Shown here in pieces: positions 10,545 to 22,746 of a stretch of DNA of 64,000 bases; position 1 is the first letter of the stretch, and each line of letters starts with the position of its first letter. The position numbers and the translations under genes were made by a program. The notes beneath the pieces were generated by a model. The model did not search any database, was not told the DNA's origin, and saw only the letters and a program-made list of their open reading frames with translations. Origin of the DNA: an uncultured delta proteobacterium (GTDB lineage: Bacteria; Desulfobacterota; Syntrophia; Syntrophales; UBA2192); contig CAVPJD010000012.1 in assembly GCA_963705165.1 (NCBI GenBank), positions 43,577 through 107,576 on the forward strand. The letters run 5' to 3'.

Positions 10545-11342
10545 TCACTTGCAGATGTCCCCATAGAAGTCCGGCCTGCGGTCCCCGAAGAGGTTGTTGT
10601 GGGGGTTGAGTTGCTTGTCGAGCGCTTTTGCGGGGTCGATGTCAAACACGCCCACGCACTCCTCGTCTTCGCCGGCCCTCGACAGGATGTTCCCCGCTGT
10701 GTCCGTAATCTGGCTCTTCCCCGTGTAATGAAGGCTCTTGCCGCCCCGCTGCTCCGTCCCCGTTCGATTCGCCGTGACGGCAAAGACCCTGTTTTCCAGG
10801 CATCGCGTGACCATGGCCGTCTGGCAGTAAGGAAGAACGAGGTTGGCGGGGTGGCAGACGACCTGGGCCCCCTTCAGGGCGAGGGTCCGCATGGATTCCG
10901 GAAAAAACCAGTCGAAGCAGACCATGATCCCTACCCTGCACGGCCCGATGTCGTAAACGGGAAATTCGCCGTCACCCGGGTCGAACCAAAGCTTCTCCTC
11001 GAAAAAGAGATGCACCTTGCGGTAGCTCGCCACGAAGCCGGACGGTGAGACAAGGACGGCGGCGTTGTATACCGCAGCCCCCTTGCGCTCGGCCATCCCC
11101 GCAACGAGATGGACATGGTTTCTTTTTGCGATGGCTGCGAGCCATTGCGTCGTTTTGCCCCCGGGCACTTCCTCAGCGAGGGCACCTATTTCCTCCTTCG
11201 AGGTGATCAGATAGCCCGTGTTGAAGAGCTCCGGCAGCACCAGCAGATCCGCCTTCGTCCCCTGGATCAGCGCCTCGGCCCGATCCAGATTTCTCTCCAC
11301 CTGGCCAAATGCCGGGTTGAACTGCACGTAACCGATTTTCAT
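10545..11342 (-). CDS. Carbon-nitrogen hydrolase (nitrilase/amidase family)
   Basis: LPELF, YRKVHLF, VCFDW Glu-Lys-Cys triad. Confidence 0.92.
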   Translation of the reverse strand: MKIGYVQFNPAFGQVERNLDRAEALIQGTKADLLVLPELFNTGYLITSKEEIGALAEEVPGGKTTQWLAAIAKRNHVHLVAGMAERKGAAVYNAAVLVSPSGFVASYRKVHLFFEEKLWFDPGDGEFPVYDIGPCRVGIMVCFDWFFPESMRTLALKGAQVVCHPANLVLPYCQTAMVTRCLENRVFAVTANRTGTEQRGGKSLHYTGKSQITDTAGNILSRAGEDEECVGVFDIDPAKALDKQLNPHNNLFGDRRPDFYGDICK

Positions 11343-11384
11343 CACGACTGTCTCCTTAGCTTGACCGGGGGCGCGTCCCGCAGG

Positions 11385-11471
11385 CCCCGCCTTACAGGCG
11401 GGGTGAGGGCGCGCAATCATGTTTGGTTCTCTCCTTGCCGGAAAGCCCCGCCCTGCGGGCGGGGAGCTTCA
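11385..11471. repeat. Pair of CCCCGCC-loop-GGCGGGG hairpins resembling IS200/IS605 end palindromes
   Basis: CCCCGCCT-TAC-AGGCGGGG and AAGCCCCGCCC-TGC-GGGCGGGGAGCTTCA. Confidence 0.45.
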
Positions 11472-11506
11472 ATTTCCCTGCCGTTCACTGCACCCGAGAT
11501 CGCATA

Positions 11507-13681
11507 CTATTTCGATTTCGCCTTGAGATTCTGTACCTGCGCCAAGTTCTTTTCCGCATCTTTGTTCGAGGGATCGATGCGAAGGGCCTCCTGAAATTGC
11601 CCCACGGCTTCATCCAATTTTCCTTTCCTGGCAAAAAGAACCCCGAGACTGTTGTGTGGCTTTGCAAAGCGGGGGTTGATCTTGATGGCCCTCTGCAAGT
11701 GCGTCTGGGCTTCGTCGAGTTGACCTTTATGCATCAGCGCCACACCGAGGCTGTTCTGCACTTCCGCGTTTTCGGGATCCCGTTTCAGCGCCACACGGAA
11801 ATGGCGGATAGCCTCATCGATCTCTCCCTTGTACGCCAGTGCGAGTCCAAGGCCGACATGGGCCCCCGGATTGTCCGGATCGATCCGCACGGCTCCCCTG
11901 AAATGAATGATGGCATTGTCCAGATCGCCACGCTTGACAGCTTCCTGACCGAGGCGCATCTGCTCTCTCAGGGAACCCCCTTCCTCCCGTTCCGAAACGC
12001 GCCCCGCCGCGGCCGTTTTTTTCATCGTTTCCTGCGCCAGCAGCATTGCGAGGTTCCGCCTCGCCGGTTCGAATTCAGGTTTCAGGCGCAGGATTTCCTG
12101 AAACTGTTCGATCGCCGCCTGTCGGTCGCCCGCCTGGATCAGGCAGACGGCCATGTTATTTCTCGCCATGATGGGGTCGGGCGCGTTCTTCACCGCTTTA
12201 CGGTAATGAGCGATGGCCTCCGGGCACTTCGCCTGCCGGGCCAGCACGTTTGCCAGGTTGTAGTGGGTATCCCCGTCATCGGGTTTGATCCTCAATGCCT
12301 CGTTGTAATGACGGATCGCGTCATCCACCCTTCCCTGGCCGGCAAGATAGGCGCCGAGATTGCAGTGAATGACGTAATTTTCCTTTGTCGTCTGAAGGGT
12401 GTGCTCGAAAAGTGTTTCACTGTTCAACCAGTATCCCGTCTGAGAAACCGTGCCCGCCGAGAGGCCTGCGAGAAGGAGCACAGCCGCCGATGCCAGCACG
12501 GCCTTGCGATGCGGCATCCTGGCGGACAGGTCGTCGACCAGCCAGGTCAGCAGGATGAACAGTCCGATGAAAGGAAGGTACGTATACCGGTCAGCCGTGG
12601 CTTGCACGCCGACCTGCACAAGACCGATGACGGGGACCAGGGTCCCGAGGTACCAGAACCAGCCGACCATCAGCGCCGGCGTCTTTCGCCGCAATATAAC
12701 CAGGGCGGTCACGGCAATGAGCACAGCCGCAGAAACGAGGACCTTCCATGGCGCTATACTGCCCGGATAGGGATACAGCACGGCAAGATCTACAGGGACG
12801 AAACACCGGTAAAGATATTCTGTGTAGGCCACCATCGCGTTGAGAATGCGAAAGTCACGGGGAACGACCTCGAGCGCCTTCATGGCGCCTTGCTGGGCGA
12901 TGATCGTCACCACGCACGATGCGGCCGATAGCGCAAAAAGAGGGATTTTCTCCAGGAATAGACCCCGGTTGGCTTTGATCAGCGAAATCATCCCCGCCCC
13001 CGCCGTGCTGTCTGCAGACGCATCGCCTCCCCGGAATTCGGAGCGGAAGCGTTCCAGGGGCCAGAAATCGAGAAGCAGAAAAACAAAAGGCAGCGTCACG
13101 ACCATGGGCTTCGACAGAAGACCCAGTGCAAACAGCACGACGACGAGGAGATAGCCCCACGGGCTTTGCCTCCGGGTGTACCGCTCGTAGGCAAGGAGGG
13201 TGAGCAGGAAAAAGAAAGCGCTGAGGAGATCCTTCCTCTCTGCGATCCAGGCGACCGATTCCACGTGCAGAGGATGCAGGGCAAAAAGGGCTGCGACAAA
13301 ACCGCTTTTCCACAGGGCCCCTGTCATGCGCTGCAGGATGACGAACAGGATCAGGGTGTTTAGAATATGAAAGAGGAGGTTGACCTGGTGATGTCTTCCC
13401 GCATCGAACCCGAACCACTGAACGTCGAGCATGTGAGAGAGCCAGGTGAGGGGATGCCAGTTACTCTGTTCGAAAGAACTGAAGGCCCATCGGATCCCCT
13501 CCAGACTCAGGCCTTTGCTGACGATCGGATTCTCCGTGATGTACCGGTCATCGTCGTAGCGAACAAAATCGAATCCGCCGACCTGCCAGTAGACCATCGC
13601 CGTGAGGACAGCCAGAGACAAGCCGATCAGGATCTTCCATCGCAGTTCGGGATTCAGTGCTTCTCTGATCACGCGACCCAT
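11507..13681 (-). CDS. Multi-pass membrane protein with C-terminal TPRs (TMTC-like putative glycosyltransferase)
   Basis: YDD..YITENP, NWHPLT, FALHPLHVESVAWIAERKD, ADRYTYLP; many TPR repeats. Confidence 0.85.
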   Translation of the reverse strand: MGRVIREALNPELRWKILIGLSLAVLTAMVYWQVGGFDFVRYDDDRYITENPIVSKGLSLEGIRWAFSSFEQSNWHPLTWLSHMLDVQWFGFDAGRHHQVNLLFHILNTLILFVILQRMTGALWKSGFVAALFALHPLHVESVAWIAERKDLLSAFFFLLTLLAYERYTRRQSPWGYLLVVVLFALGLLSKPMVVTLPFVFLLLDFWPLERFRSEFRGGDASADSTAGAGMISLIKANRGLFLEKIPLFALSAASCVVTIIAQQGAMKALEVVPRDFRILNAMVAYTEYLYRCFVPVDLAVLYPYPGSIAPWKVLVSAAVLIAVTALVILRRKTPALMVGWFWYLGTLVPVIGLVQVGVQATADRYTYLPFIGLFILLTWLVDDLSARMPHRKAVLASAAVLLLAGLSAGTVSQTGYWLNSETLFEHTLQTTKENYVIHCNLGAYLAGQGRVDDAIRHYNEALRIKPDDGDTHYNLANVLARQAKCPEAIAHYRKAVKNAPDPIMARNNMAVCLIQAGDRQAAIEQFQEILRLKPEFEPARRNLAMLLAQETMKKTAAAGRVSEREEGGSLREQMRLGQEAVKRGDLDNAIIHFRGAVRIDPDNPGAHVGLGLALAYKGEIDEAIRHFRVALKRDPENAEVQNSLGVALMHKGQLDEAQTHLQRAIKINPRFAKPHNSLGVLFARKGKLDEAVGQFQEALRIDPSNKDAEKNLAQVQNLKAKSK

Positions 13682-13758
13682 CGGATAAGACTTACCTGCC
13701 CTTCCATCAGCGCGATGAACGCCCGCTCGTCTCACGCAGCAATCCGTCGCGCTGTTCC

Positions 13759-14256
13759 TTAAAGAATCATCTGCATCCAGACGACGTCGAGATCCTGCCC
13801 CTTCTTCTTCGCGACCCGCCTGAACCGCCCGCACTCCGCAAACCCGTGCCGCTCGTGGAAGCGCAGGCTCGATTCGTTGAGCGAGGACACATTGGCCAGG
13901 ATCGTGTCGATCCCCTTGCGCTTCGCCTCACCGGTGATTCGCTCGAGGATTCTCGAACCGATCCCCTGGCCCGTGTAACCCGGTTCGATGAAATAGGTGA
14001 TCTCCGCCGCCCGTTGAAAGGCGGCAAGCGGGTGATAGGGCCGCAGAAAGGCAAAGCCCACGATTCGATCCCCCTGCTCTTCATCCCGCACCGTGAAGGC
14101 GGGGTAGCCTTCCGTCAATTGAAGAAACTGGTCGAAGAGGGCGTAGGGGACCTTCTTTTCCGGATACGCCGCGAAGCTGTTCTCGATGTAGTAGTTAAAC
14201 AGGTCGATCACAGCCTCGCGATCGCCCTCCCCCAACTTCTCAAAACGAATTTTCAT
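13759..14256 (-). CDS. GNAT N-acetyltransferase (phosphinothricin acetyltransferase-like)
   Basis: GQGIGS acetyl-CoA motif, NESSLRFHERHGF. Confidence 0.9.
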   Translation of the reverse strand: MKIRFEKLGEGDREAVIDLFNYYIENSFAAYPEKKVPYALFDQFLQLTEGYPAFTVRDEEQGDRIVGFAFLRPYHPLAAFQRAAEITYFIEPGYTGQGIGSRILERITGEAKRKGIDTILANVSSLNESSLRFHERHGFAECGRFRRVAKKKGQDLDVVWMQMIL

Positions 14257-14294
14257 GTTGCTGGTCTATCCGGTCTATTCCGTCTGTTCCGTCC

Positions 14295-14372
14295 AAATCC
14301 CCCCTGCCCCCCTTTACAAAAGGGGGGGTCTTATTGCTTCCCCCTTTGAAAAAGGGGGATTGAGGGGGATTT
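14295..14372. repeat. REP-like doublet, CCCCCTTT-NN-AAAGGGGG family
   Basis: Two inverted hairpins; related copies at 15582-15630 and 36491-36570. Confidence 0.8.
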
Positions 14373-14443
14373 TTTCACTGGTCACTGGCAATCCACCCTC
14401 TCTGTGCAACCCGGATCATCGTAAACTATGTAACCGGTTTGTA

Positions 14444-14571
14444 CCCTCCCCTGCCCTCTCCCCTCAAGGGAGAGGGAGATTATGGAAGGAATTTGCCAGA
14501 GGCTCGGCTCGCGATGACCGTCTTTCTTATGTCTTCACTCAGACACTTAGACACTCATACACTCAGACACT
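14444..14571. repeat. Composite intergenic repeat copy 2
   Basis: Closely similar to 7916-8046. Confidence 0.85.
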
Positions 14572-14652
14572 TTTTTTCGTCCCTGCACCCTTGTCCCTGG
14601 TCCCTCATTCTCTTTCACTGGTCACTGGTCACCGATCACCGGTCACCGGTCA

Positions 14653-15441
14653 CTAGAATAGTTCCAGTTCTTTCCCCATTGTCTTGAAGTGGGGCGGGAA
14701 CTCGGGCTGGAAGTTGAGGAAGAACGTCACGGGATAGCCCGCGCCCACTTTCTTGCCCGCTTCCTGCAGGCCCGTCATGAGCTGCGGAAGGCCTTTGGCC
14801 GGCAGCGAAAAGACCATCTCGTCGTCCTGCGTGAGGGAAAAGACCCGGTCACCCATGCCGGGGACGGCGACGCGCGGCTTCTGCTCCTTGAACGGTGCGA
14901 TCAGGTATTCGGCGCATTCGATCTTCCCGCCGAAGTTCCCGACAATCCGTTCCCCGTCCTGGTAGCTCCAGGCCTGGACAAACCGCATGACTTGTGCGGG
15001 ATTCCCGTAGAGCACGACGATGTCCGGATCGAAAGTCGCCCTTGCCAGCGGGGCGATGAGCAGGGCTGCATATTGATCCTTGCCGAGACGGCAGATGGAC
15101 ATGCCTTCCCTCGTCCCCGTTTCCTCTGTCCTCGCATAAGCCCCTCCGCAGAAGAGCTTGCCGATTGCGGCCGCCGTGTCATCGGCATTACTGAACCCGA
15201 AGGCGATCCCGGCGGGCACGCAGATGAGATCTTCCTTCGCAAGCCCCATTGTCCATCCGTAAAGCCGGGCCATCGACACGGCCTGGCAGACGGCCACGCG
15301 TTTGCCGAGCGCCACCGACGGCTGGCGGGTCTTCTCCGGGAAGGCCTTGTCCTTGAGGAACTTCACGGCCAGGGGCAAGGTTCTGAGCCTGACGTTGTTT
15401 CGCATAAACTCCGCCGCTTCCGCATAATTCTGACCTGCCAT
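14653..15441 (-). CDS. DUF169 family protein
   Basis: PLAVKF, CQAVSMAR, PDIVVLYGNPAQ, PGMGDR, DDEMVFSLP pattern. Confidence 0.75.
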   Translation of the reverse strand: MAGQNYAEAAEFMRNNVRLRTLPLAVKFLKDKAFPEKTRQPSVALGKRVAVCQAVSMARLYGWTMGLAKEDLICVPAGIAFGFSNADDTAAAIGKLFCGGAYARTEETGTREGMSICRLGKDQYAALLIAPLARATFDPDIVVLYGNPAQVMRFVQAWSYQDGERIVGNFGGKIECAEYLIAPFKEQKPRVAVPGMGDRVFSLTQDDEMVFSLPAKGLPQLMTGLQEAGKKVGAGYPVTFFLNFQPEFPPHFKTMGKELELF

Positions 15442-15494
15442 CTTTCCTTCCTCCTTCGGTTTGGGGAATTGGGAACTGGGTAACGGCATGAACT

Positions 15495-15728
15495 CAGCCG
15501 ACAGCCGACAGTCGACAGCCTACAGTCGACAGCCATTTTTGTCTATCGTCTTTTTTCCCGGGCGCAGCGGATTAGGAAAAGAAAATCCCCCTCGATCCCC
15601 CTGTGCGAAAGGGGGAAGAGGGGGACGATTCTTCTCAGGAACAAGGAGCGAGATTCGACGAACGAGGATTGATTTCTCTTTTCTGTTTTCCCCTTCCCTG
15701 TACCCTATACCCTGTACCCTATACCCTG
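15495..15728. repeat. Intergenic mosaic: CAGCCGA heptamers, CCCCCT/AGGGGG palindrome, CCCTGTA/CCCTATA heptamers
   Basis: Directly visible tandem and palindromic repeats. Confidence 0.75.
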
Positions 15729-15732
15729 TCTT

Positions 15733-16920
15733 CTAAAGCATTTCATAAATCCCCGCCGCGCCCATGCCGCCTCCGATGCACATGGAGACCAGGCAGCGTT
15801 TTGCCTTGCGGCGCTTGGCTTCGTGGAGGATCTGGGCCGTGAGTTTGGCTCCCGTGGCCCCCAGGGGGTGGCCCAGGGCGATGGCGCCGCCGTTGGGGTT
15901 GATGTCGCCCTTCCAGTAGCGCTCCTCGATCCCGAGGGTCCGGCACGAGGCGATGGCCTGGGCGGCGAAGGCCTCGTTGATCTCGAACAGGTCGATGTCG
16001 TTCGCAGTGAGACCGGCCAGCTTCAGGGCCTTCGGGATGGCAAAGGCCGGGCCGATACCCATTTCCTCGGGCGCACAGCCCGCCACGGCGAAGACCGTCA
16101 TCTTGGCCAGGGGCTTGAGGCCCAGGGCCTTGGCCTTCTCCGCCGTCATGAGCACGGCAAAGGCAGCCCCGTCGGTCATCTGCGAGGAGTTGCCCGCCGT
16201 CACGGACCCCCCCGCCCTGAATGCGGGTTTGAGCTTGCCGAGGTCGGCGACCGTCGTCGGCCAGCGAACGCCGTCATCCGCGTCGAACACAACGGCCTCG
16301 CGGATGCGCTTGCCGCTGGCGTCCTTCTTGTACTTCCAGGCCTGGATGGGGACGATCTCTTCCTTGAACTTGCCGGCCTTCATCGCCTCGGTGGCCCTGC
16401 GATTGCTCTCCACGCCCATCTTGTCCTGGTCTTCACGGGATACGTTGTACTTGGCGGCGACGTTTTCCGCCGTGATGCCCATGGACACGTAGGTGTTGGG
16501 CCGGTTGCCCCAGTCGGGGTCGGGCCGGAACTGGCTGCCGCCCATGGGGATGTGGGACATGGTCTCGCAGCCCCCGGCGATGATCACATCGGACCAGCCC
16601 GCCTGGATCTTGGCCGTCGCATCGGCGATGGCCTGCAGCCCCGAGGAGCAGAACCGGTTGATCGTCATCCCCGAAGCCTCGATGGGAAGGCCCGCCCCCA
16701 GGGTGAGGACGCGTCCGAGGTTCATCCCCGTCTCGGCCTCCGGGAAGGCGCAGCCGACGATGAGGTCATCCACGTCCTTTGGATCGAGCTGGGGTACTTT
16801 TGCCATGAGCCCCTTGATCACCTGCAGGCCGTACTCCTCGGCCCGGGTGGCTGCAAGGCCCCCTCTTCTATATCGCCCGCCAGCGCTTCTGACCGCTGCA
16901 ACAATTACGGCTTCTCTCAT
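15733..16920 (-). CDS. fadA: Acetyl-CoA C-acyltransferase (thiolase)
   Basis: NRFCSSG, NEAF, GHPLGATG, CIGGG motifs. Confidence 0.95.
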   Translation of the reverse strand: MREAVIVAAVRSAGGRYRRGGLAATRAEEYGLQVIKGLMAKVPQLDPKDVDDLIVGCAFPEAETGMNLGRVLTLGAGLPIEASGMTINRFCSSGLQAIADATAKIQAGWSDVIIAGGCETMSHIPMGGSQFRPDPDWGNRPNTYVSMGITAENVAAKYNVSREDQDKMGVESNRRATEAMKAGKFKEEIVPIQAWKYKKDASGKRIREAVVFDADDGVRWPTTVADLGKLKPAFRAGGSVTAGNSSQMTDGAAFAVLMTAEKAKALGLKPLAKMTVFAVAGCAPEEMGIGPAFAIPKALKLAGLTANDIDLFEINEAFAAQAIASCRTLGIEERYWKGDINPNGGAIALGHPLGATGAKLTAQILHEAKRRKAKRCLVSMCIGGGMGAAGIYEML

Positions 16921-16964
16921 GATAATGATCCTCCCTTTTCAGTGCATAAGAAGGTTGTTTCCGG

Positions 16965-19382
<2,418 letters not shown>

Positions 19383-19443
19383 ATCATCCTCCTTCTGGAG
19401 TTGTTTCGTCTGTTCGGTCCTATGAAGATTCGTTCCTTGATCT

Positions 19444-19525
19444 TCCTCTCCCCCGGCGGGAGAGGATAAGAGGTGAGGGGGAATTGTCACCCTCACCCTG
19501 GCCCTCTCCCCTCAAGGGAGAGGGA
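19444..19525. repeat. REP-like doublet, CCTCTCCC/GGGAGAGG family
   Basis: Two oppositely oriented copies of CCCTCACC..CCTCTCCC-N-GGGAGAGG. Confidence 0.8.
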
Positions 19526-19544
19526 ACTAAAGGGTATGGGGCGT

Positions 19545-21413
19545 CTATACCGAGAAGCTCTCGTCGGCGATCTCGATGGGGGTGCGGTCGCCCGCCTTGA
19601 TCCCCTCTGCCCTGCCCCGAACCGATGTCAGGACGTTGACGGCGAAGAACTTGGCCGATGCGATCTTGCCCTGGTAGAAGGCCACTTCGGCATTCGTGTG
19701 GACCATCGCCCTCTGCTTGGCCTTGGAGCCCTTTGCGCCGGCCTCGGCGTAGATGGCGTTGAGCTTCTTCTGGGCGATGCCGGCCGCCTCCATGAGCAGG
19801 TAGCCCACGGCCACGTCGCCGAAGAGATTCAGGTAGGGGCTCGCGTAAAGGATCGGGACGAGGAAGCTGGCGCTCTTGCCGAGCTTGAAGAACTGGAGCG
19901 TGAGGTCCGTCAGGGCGTTCTTCGCCTCGGCCAGATAGTTGACGTAGGAGGACAGCTCCGGGTTCTCCTCGCGCAGGATCGCGATGTCGGCGTCCATCTG
20001 TTTGGCGATGGCCAGCAGGTGCATGCCCTTCTTGATGCCCAGCTTGCGGCCCACCAGGTCGAGGGCCTGGATGCCGTTGGTGCCCTCGTAGATCTGGGTG
20101 ATCTTGCAGTCCCGCATGTACTGTTCCACGGGGTACTCCGAGCAGTAGCCGTAACCGCCGTAGACGTCGATGGCCATCGAGCAGACATCGAGGGCCCGGT
20201 TCGTCACATAGGCCTTGCAGACGGGGATGAGCAGGTCGGCGCGGCTCGCCCACTGCTGCCTCTCCTCCTTGGTTGCGGCCGCCTCCATCATGTCCTGGCA
20301 GAAACTCGTGTAGTAGAGCAGCGCCCGGCACCCCTCCACGTGGGACTTCATCCAGAGGAGCTGCCGCCGGATGTCGGCATGGCGGATGATAGGCACCTGC
20401 GGGGCCTCGGGGTTCTTGAACTCGAAGATCTCGGCGCCCTGGAGCCGCTGCTTGGCGTACTCAAGGGCATGCTCGTAGGCCGCCGTGGCCGTTCCCAGGC
20501 CCTGGAGCCCCACCTCGATGCGAGCCTCGTTCATGAGCTGGAACATGACTTTCATGCCATCGCGCTCCTTGCCCAGGAGCTCGCCCACGCACTTGCCCTC
20601 CTCGCCGAATATGAGCATGGCCGTGGCGGAGCCCTTGATGCCCATCTTGTGCTCGATGCCCCCGGTGGTGACGTCGTTGACCGCCCCGAGGCTCCCGTCG
20701 GCCTTCACCCGGAACTTGGGCACGATGAAAATCGAGATGCCCCTCGTCCCTGCGGGATCGCCCTCGATGCGGGCGAGCACCGCGTGAATGTTGTTCGGCG
20801 TCAGGTCATGATCGCCGCTGGAGATGAAGATCTTCGTGCCCTGGATGCTGTAGGTCCCGTCGGGAAGCCTTTTCGCCGTCGTCTTCAAGGCGCCCACGTC
20901 GCTGCCGGCGCCTGGCTCGGTGAGGCACATGGTGCCCCCCCACTCGCCGGTGTACATCCTGTCCATGTACTTCTTCTTCTGCTCCGGCGTGCCGTAGTGG
21001 TCGATGAGACCGGCCGCACCGTTCGTGAGCCCCGGGTACATGATGAGGGGGTAATTGGCGGCCTGGAAAAGCTCATAGCATGCCTGTGCGACGCTGTTGG
21101 GCATGCCCTGGCCTCCCGACTCCACGCTGCGCATGCAGCACAGCCACCCGGCCTCGCAGAACTTTTTGTAGGCCTCGTGGAAGCAGGCCGGCACCTTGAC
21201 CCGGCCCTTCTCGAACTTGCACCCTTCCTTGTCGCCCTTGTCGTAGGTAGGCAGGAGGACCTCGACGGCCAGCTTCTCGGCCTCGTTGATCATCATGTCC
21301 ACCGTTTCCTTGTTGTAATCGGCGTACTTTTCGGTCTCGAAGAGCTTTTCGATCCCGATCTGCTCGTAGAGCAGAAACTTCTGATCCCGCGTGTTCACCA
21401 GCATGTTACCCAT
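19545..21413 (-). CDS. Acyl-CoA dehydrogenase
   Basis: MCLTEPGAGSD, GTKIFIS, EHKMGI, IYEGTNGIQ. Confidence 0.95.
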   Translation of the reverse strand: MGNMLVNTRDQKFLLYEQIGIEKLFETEKYADYNKETVDMMINEAEKLAVEVLLPTYDKGDKEGCKFEKGRVKVPACFHEAYKKFCEAGWLCCMRSVESGGQGMPNSVAQACYELFQAANYPLIMYPGLTNGAAGLIDHYGTPEQKKKYMDRMYTGEWGGTMCLTEPGAGSDVGALKTTAKRLPDGTYSIQGTKIFISSGDHDLTPNNIHAVLARIEGDPAGTRGISIFIVPKFRVKADGSLGAVNDVTTGGIEHKMGIKGSATAMLIFGEEGKCVGELLGKERDGMKVMFQLMNEARIEVGLQGLGTATAAYEHALEYAKQRLQGAEIFEFKNPEAPQVPIIRHADIRRQLLWMKSHVEGCRALLYYTSFCQDMMEAAATKEERQQWASRADLLIPVCKAYVTNRALDVCSMAIDVYGGYGYCSEYPVEQYMRDCKITQIYEGTNGIQALDLVGRKLGIKKGMHLLAIAKQMDADIAILREENPELSSYVNYLAEAKNALTDLTLQFFKLGKSASFLVPILYASPYLNLFGDVAVGYLLMEAAGIAQKKLNAIYAEAGAKGSKAKQRAMVHTNAEVAFYQGKIASAKFFAVNVLTSVRGRAEGIKAGDRTPIEIADESFSV

Positions 21414-21446
21414 AAATGCCTCCCCTATCTGATGGAGTTCTTAATT

Positions 21447-22079
21447 TTATACGGACCTGAGCCCCCCGATGAAGACCTCGAGACCGCCCCGGACCTGGGT
21501 GCGGACCCGCTCTTCCCGCGTTTCCTCCCTGCCCGCGAAGAGGTGCAGGGCCATGATTCCGTTGAGAAGCCCCCACAGGGAATTGCGGCAGACCCGGACG
21601 TCGAGGGTCCGCGGGAATTCCCCGCGCTCGATGCCCATCTGCAGGATCTGCTCGAGGATGACGACGGTCTGGTTGGTGGATTTGACGATGTGGTCGTTGA
21701 TCCTGGGGGTGAAGTTGACGGGGTGGTGCTGGATCATGAAGTTCATGAAGATCCGGAACAGCTCCCTGTCGCTGAGAAAAAATGCCGTGTAGACCTCGGC
21801 AAACTGGCGGAGGTTGTCGGAAGCGCTTTTCGATGTGTCCAGCAGGGATTCCACCCGGTCGTGGAACTTGTCGATGTCCCTGAGCAGGATCTGGGCGTAG
21901 ATCTCCTCCTTGCTCTTGAAGTAGAGGTAGATCGCCCCCTTGCTCAACTCGGCGCACCGGGCGATGCTGTCCACGGTGACGGACCGGAACCCCTTGTCGA
22001 AGAATTCCCTCCTCGCCGCCCGCAGGATGGCGTTGCGCCGCTGCTCCTTCTCCCTCTCTCTCCTGCGCTCGGAACCCAA
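21447..22079 (-). CDS. TetR/AcrR family transcriptional regulator
   Basis: IARCAELSKGAIYLYFKSKEE HTH; TTG start at 22079 preceded by GGGGAGAGG. Confidence 0.9.
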   Translation of the reverse strand: MGSERRREREKEQRRNAILRAARREFFDKGFRSVTVDSIARCAELSKGAIYLYFKSKEEIYAQILLRDIDKFHDRVESLLDTSKSASDNLRQFAEVYTAFFLSDRELFRIFMNFMIQHHPVNFTPRINDHIVKSTNQTVVILEQILQMGIERGEFPRTLDVRVCRNSLWGLLNGIMALHLFAGREETREERVRTQVRGGLEVFIGGLRSV

Positions 22080-22126
22080 GGCCTCTCCCCCTGTCGTCCG
22101 CCCCGACCGGTCACCGGGTACGCACA

Positions 22127-22186
22127 TGAATGATGGTCATTAACTGACCGATGGTCATCAATACACCTCCTTCCGGTCCCTGTCAA
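22127..22186 (-). promoter_or_regulatory. Sigma70 promoter with tandem TetR-type operators for tetR-fad operon
   Basis: Minus strand TTGACA-17-TATTGA; palindrome TGACC-GAT-GGTCA (22145-22157) and variant TGAAT-GAT-GGTCA (22127-22139). Confidence 0.65.
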
Positions 22187-22378
22187 GGGTAAAATATGCT
22201 TTTTTTATTTTTCCCTGCGGGACTGCCCCCGCGAGCGCCACCAGGCCCGCAGGAAGGGGCAATCTTCCCTGTTGACTTCGCCCGCGGCCCTGTGTTACCA
22301 AACCAACGATATTGTGCTTATTCCATCGATTCTTGCGCAAGTGCGACGAGCCGGTTTTCAAGAAAAGAGGAGGACACT

Positions 22379-22744
22379 GTGACCCTGAAAGAGGTGCAAG
22401 ATATTCTGGAGGCCGAGGTCCTTGTCGGCCGCGACCAATTGCAAAAACCCGTGAGGACGGCCTTTGCCGCAGACCTCATGAGCGATGTGCTCGCCTTCGC
22501 CAAGCCGGACAGCCTCCTGCTCACAGGACTCACGAACCCCCAGGTGGTCCGGACGGCCGATATCCTGGATATCACCGCGATTATCCTGGTGCGCGGAAAG
22601 AAGCCCTCGGAGGAGACCGTCAAGCTCGCCGAAGAGCTGAAGATCCCCATCCTCTCGACGAGGTACATCCTGTTTGAAACGTCGGGCCGACTGCACGCCA
22701 AGGGGATCAAGGGATGTATCGAGAAGGTCGGCGGCGAGATTTAG
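22379..22744 (+). CDS. DRTGG-domain protein
   Basis: ADLMSDVL, LLLTGL, VRGK; GTG start after GAGGAGG. Confidence 0.85.
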   Translation: MTLKEVQDILEAEVLVGRDQLQKPVRTAFAADLMSDVLAFAKPDSLLLTGLTNPQVVRTADILDITAIILVRGKKPSEETVKLAEELKIPILSTRYILFETSGRLHAKGIKGCIEKVGGEI

Positions 22745-22746
22745 AG

